DNA from: a virus
Taxonomy: Duplodnaviria; Caudoviricetes
IMG/VR virus record: IMGVR_UViG_3300015050_000778
Coordinates: 1 to 47,433 of that record
Length of the DNA stretch: 47,433 nt
Strand: one strand, 5' to 3'
Shown here: piece by piece, positions 45,118 to 47,433 of the stretch
Position numbering within the stretch: position 1 is the first letter of the stretch
Layout: the number at the start of each line of letters is the position of its first letter
The notes under the pieces: generated by a model
What the model was told of the DNA's origin: nothing
The model's database searches: none
What the model saw: the letters and a program-made list of their open reading frames with translations, nothing else
Program-made: the position numbers and the translations under genes

Positions 45118-46310
45118 AGTGGCTCTCCTACGAGCTCTTCCCCGATGCTCACCAGCTTGTCAAACAGAAAACTTTGCAGCTCGCGTGTCATATCTTTCCA
45201 GCCGTGGCGAAGATGCAGATATTCCTCGATCAGCGTGGAGGCCAGTTGTTTAGCGCCGCCCAGATGAAACACCCGCTCAGCGATGAAAATGGTTTCGTCT
45301 TTTGCTAGTCCTAGGCATCCTTCCCCAAGACTTTCCACCACATGGATGGGGTAGGCGTCACGAATAGTGAAGCCGATGCGCTCGCAGAAGTCCAGGGCCT
45401 TGTCCATGCTCTTTTGCTGGACGCTGGTGAGCGAAATCTGGCGCGGAGAAAACTCTTTCTTTGTGGCGTCTTGCCATACCTTGAGCGCGCTTGCATTGAG
45501 CTTCATGGAGCGGTCAGCCATGCAAAGACCCACAACCTCAAGAAACTCCAAGCTGGGCTCCCCGCTGCTGCCGTAGTCCAGACGCCCCTCCATCGTGTCT
45601 TCAGGAGCGGTGACAACGGCACGCAGAAACTGCTTATCGGTCGAGTGCAGAATACCGTTAGCAATGCGCCAGTACATCTCCCATTCGGACTTGATAGTGC
45701 GGTCTTCGGTCAGTTCCATCTTTGCCTGTTCGCAGTAGCAGTAAAGGCCACGCATGCGCAGATCGGATACACGCACGCCACGATAGAAAAACTCGCTGCT
45801 CGGGCGGTTACGGATTTCCAGCGTGCCGGATGTAAGCCATGGCTGATCTTCCAGAATGAACTTGTGGCTGGTGGCGAAGATGGATTCAAACTCGTCGCCT
45901 TGGACGATAAGCATGGTCTTTCCCGCCTCGGGATCAACCATGTAATGCTCATGGCGTCCTTCACCGTTTTCATCTTTGCAGTTGCAGGCTATTTCACGGT
46001 AGGCCATCCAGACCTCCCATTGCTTGCCTAATTCCGTTGTGAAGCCGATGGCGACCGGTGCGGCGTCATCAATCTTCATGGTCACGAAATCGAACTTCTG
46101 GCCGCGAACTTCTGACATTTCAATGCCGAAGTTGACGACAGTCAGGCCCGACATGACGGTAATGCGGTGGCCGGTGCGCAGCAGAACGGCGATGGCGTAT
46201 TTCAGGCCGGTGCCGAAAAAGCCTATCGGATTCGCGCCTTCTTTGACGCTAACGCCGAAAGTACTGATTGAGCGAATGTCTATTTCGCCGGGGTTCTCAA
46301 AAACAATCAC
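45114..46310 (-). CDS. GHKL (HATPase_c-like) ATP-binding protein with a C-terminal metallopeptidase-like motif
   Basis: IGFFGTGLKYA, REIACN..DE, TLIEEYLH; GTG start at 46310 after AAGGAG. Confidence 0.7.
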   Translation of the reverse strand: MIVFENPGEIDIRSISTFGVSVKEGANPIGFFGTGLKYAIAVLLRTGHRITVMSGLTVVNFGIEMSEVRGQKFDFVTMKIDDAAPVAIGFTTELGKQWEVWMAYREIACNCKDENGEGRHEHYMVDPEAGKTMLIVQGDEFESIFATSHKFILEDQPWLTSGTLEIRNRPSSEFFYRGVRVSDLRMRGLYCYCEQAKMELTEDRTIKSEWEMYWRIANGILHSTDKQFLRAVVTAPEDTMEGRLDYGSSGEPSLEFLEVVGLCMADRSMKLNASALKVWQDATKKEFSPRQISLTSVQQKSMDKALDFCERIGFTIRDAYPIHVVESLGEGCLGLAKDETIFIAERVFHLGGAKQLASTLIEEYLHLRHGWKDMTRELQSFLFDKLVSIGEELVGEPL

Positions 46311-46339
46311 GTTGCTCTCCTTGGTTGATGTGGCCTCGG

Positions 46340-46445
46340 AAAGCAAAAAGGCCCGAAGTCCCTGCTTTCCGCACCGTGAATGCTTGCCCATTGAAGGGCT
46401 GGAAAACAGGGGCTTTGGGCCTCTGTGCGGTCAAGGTTCACGGCG
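46340..46445 (-). ncRNA. Structured leader / attenuator-like RNA
   Basis: 22-bp stem (46401-46422 with 46349-46370) followed by TTTT on the minus strand; the loop carries TTCACGG, complementary to the 5' CCGTGAA. Confidence 0.55.
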
Positions 46446-46459
46446 ATGACCACGAGATA

Positions 46460-46488
46460 ATTAAACATGAAAAGATTCCGCGTGTCAA
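46460..46488 (-). promoter_or_regulatory. Sigma70-like promoter
   Basis: TTGACA-17 nt-TTTAAT. Confidence 0.7.
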
Positions 46489-46734
46489 TCAAAATAAAAC
46501 GCGATGTAATCCCGTGGCGAACATCGCGGCCAGAAGCAGCAACGCACCCAGGCAGACGGAGCCTCCAACATAGACGGCGGTGTAGAAAAGGTCAGCCAGC
46601 CACTTCCACGGTTTGTCAAACATGACGATAGGAAGTGAAGGGTCTGAGCCGTCGCTGTTGGCCTGGGTTAGCTTTGATGCGCGCACTGGGCAGTTACGGC
46701 CTTGCTGACAATCGTTGTAATCACAGCAGCTCAT
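46489..46734 (-). CDS. Small Cys-rich membrane protein
   Basis: CCDYNDCQQGRNCP plus a C-terminal TM segment. Confidence 0.75.
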   Translation of the reverse strand: MSCCDYNDCQQGRNCPVRASKLTQANSDGSDPSLPIVMFDKPWKWLADLFYTAVYVGGSVCLGALLLLAAMFATGLHRVLF

Positions 46735-46934
46735 TGCGTGTTCTCCTCTTTCGTTTGCGCAGCGATAAAAGACCGCAGGCGTTTGATTCTGGATTCGTGA
46801 TAGGTCACCATAGCGCCCGCGTATTCAACGCCGGTTTTCGCGGTCAAAAATCCCAACTCAGCATCGGCCAGCTCGCGGCTTGCCATTTCGAGCGGTGTGA
46901 GTCGGCGCATTGCTCGTTTGAAGGCCTGGATCAT
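46731..46934 (-). CDS. Hypothetical protein
   Basis: TAATG overlap; MIQAFKRAMRRLTPLEMA. Confidence 0.7.
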   Translation of the reverse strand: MIQAFKRAMRRLTPLEMASRELADAELGFLTAKTGVEYAGAMVTYHESRIKRLRSFIAAQTKEENTQ

Positions 46935-47056
46935 TACTGGATACTCCAAAAATATAGGGCTGCGGCAAAGACAATCCCAAGCGCAACAGCCAGGGCAACG
47001 CTGCGCAGCTTTTCATTGCTGCGGGTGGTTGGGAAAAGTTGGCGATGGGCGCTCAT
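46934..47056 (-). CDS. Small membrane protein (40 aa)
   Basis: ATGA overlap; single TM segment. Confidence 0.6.
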   Translation of the reverse strand: MSAHRQLFPTTRSNEKLRSVALAVALGIVFAAALYFWSIQ

Positions 47057-47301
47057 GGCTTTGCCGCCAGTCCGCGCCAGTTCATTTGCGCCTGGTGCTT
47101 CCTTTCTCCATACTTGCCCCAGTCTGCATCCGGCCAACCCTCCGTTTCAGGCGAGTATGTTCCACCAGTCCAGTGGTGACCCGTCCAGTAGCGGTAGAAG
47201 CGATTTCTACCAATACTTGCGATGTAGACCCCACGGCGCGTAGGTTTTATGCCAGTACGCGCTGAAAACCAAGGCGTCAACTTCGGTTGTTTCTTGCTCA
47301 T
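47053..47301 (-). CDS. Hypothetical Trp-rich protein
   Basis: MSKKQPKLTPWF...P.R.GVY...WRGLA; GGAGG RBS. Confidence 0.75.
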   Translation of the reverse strand: MSKKQPKLTPWFSARTGIKPTRRGVYIASIGRNRFYRYWTGHHWTGGTYSPETEGWPDADWGKYGERKHQAQMNWRGLAAKP

Positions 47302-47433
47302 ACCCCCTCCTGTGTGCTGGTGGAAAGGGCGGAGGCCTTGACTTCGATCATTTCGCGCACGAGGTTCAGCGCTGAAGCTTGGAGCCATTCGGTTGTAGGC
47401 TTGAGAACACCCCCCGCAGCAGCCCACGCAGCA
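47298..47433 (-). CDS. 3' end of the AAxx-repeat gene that starts at 557
   Basis: ...AAWAAAGGVLKPTTEWLQASALNLVREMIEVKASALSTSTQEGV*; in frame with the 1..557 part. Confidence 0.8.
   Translation of the reverse strand, partial: AAWAAAGGVLKPTTEWLQASALNLVREMIEVKASALSTSTQEGV

Noticed and set aside
1-47433. Prophage with att sites or integrase
   Set aside because: No tyrosine or serine recombinase and no host genes at either end.

Overview
The window looks like an essentially complete, circularly permuted ~47.4 kb tailed-phage genome with a contractile tail (myovirus-type morphogenesis genes). Both ends of the window break inside one minus-strand gene at its 12-nt Ala-rich repeat array. Rightward arm (1758-37273): small regulators, a SNF2-like helicase fused to a DNA methyltransferase, a replication protein, NinG and DUF1367-like genes, accessory cassettes, terminases, head (with a GIY-YIG homing endonuclease ahead of the protease), tail, baseplate, fibre and lysis genes (two holin-like proteins, GH19 endolysin, Rz/Rz1). 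Leftward arm (1229 to 1, then 47433 to 37266): RNA ligase, GHKL ATPase, RecT with a YqaJ-like exonuclease, SPFH protein, Lar-like protein and mosaic early genes. I found no integrase, CI-type repressor, canonical tRNA or CRISPR array. The most interesting unexplained structures are: (i) two tandem long-stem ncRNA units sharing a 16-nt repeat directly upstream of the RNA ligase; (ii) two unrelated genes carrying the same GCTGCG-NGG-GNT repeat grammar in inverted orientation; (iii) a homing endonuclease carrying a copy of the protease N-terminus; (iv) paired promoter-attenuator leaders and a recurring promoter-associated DNA motif. All calls come from reading motifs and synteny by eye; no searches were run.
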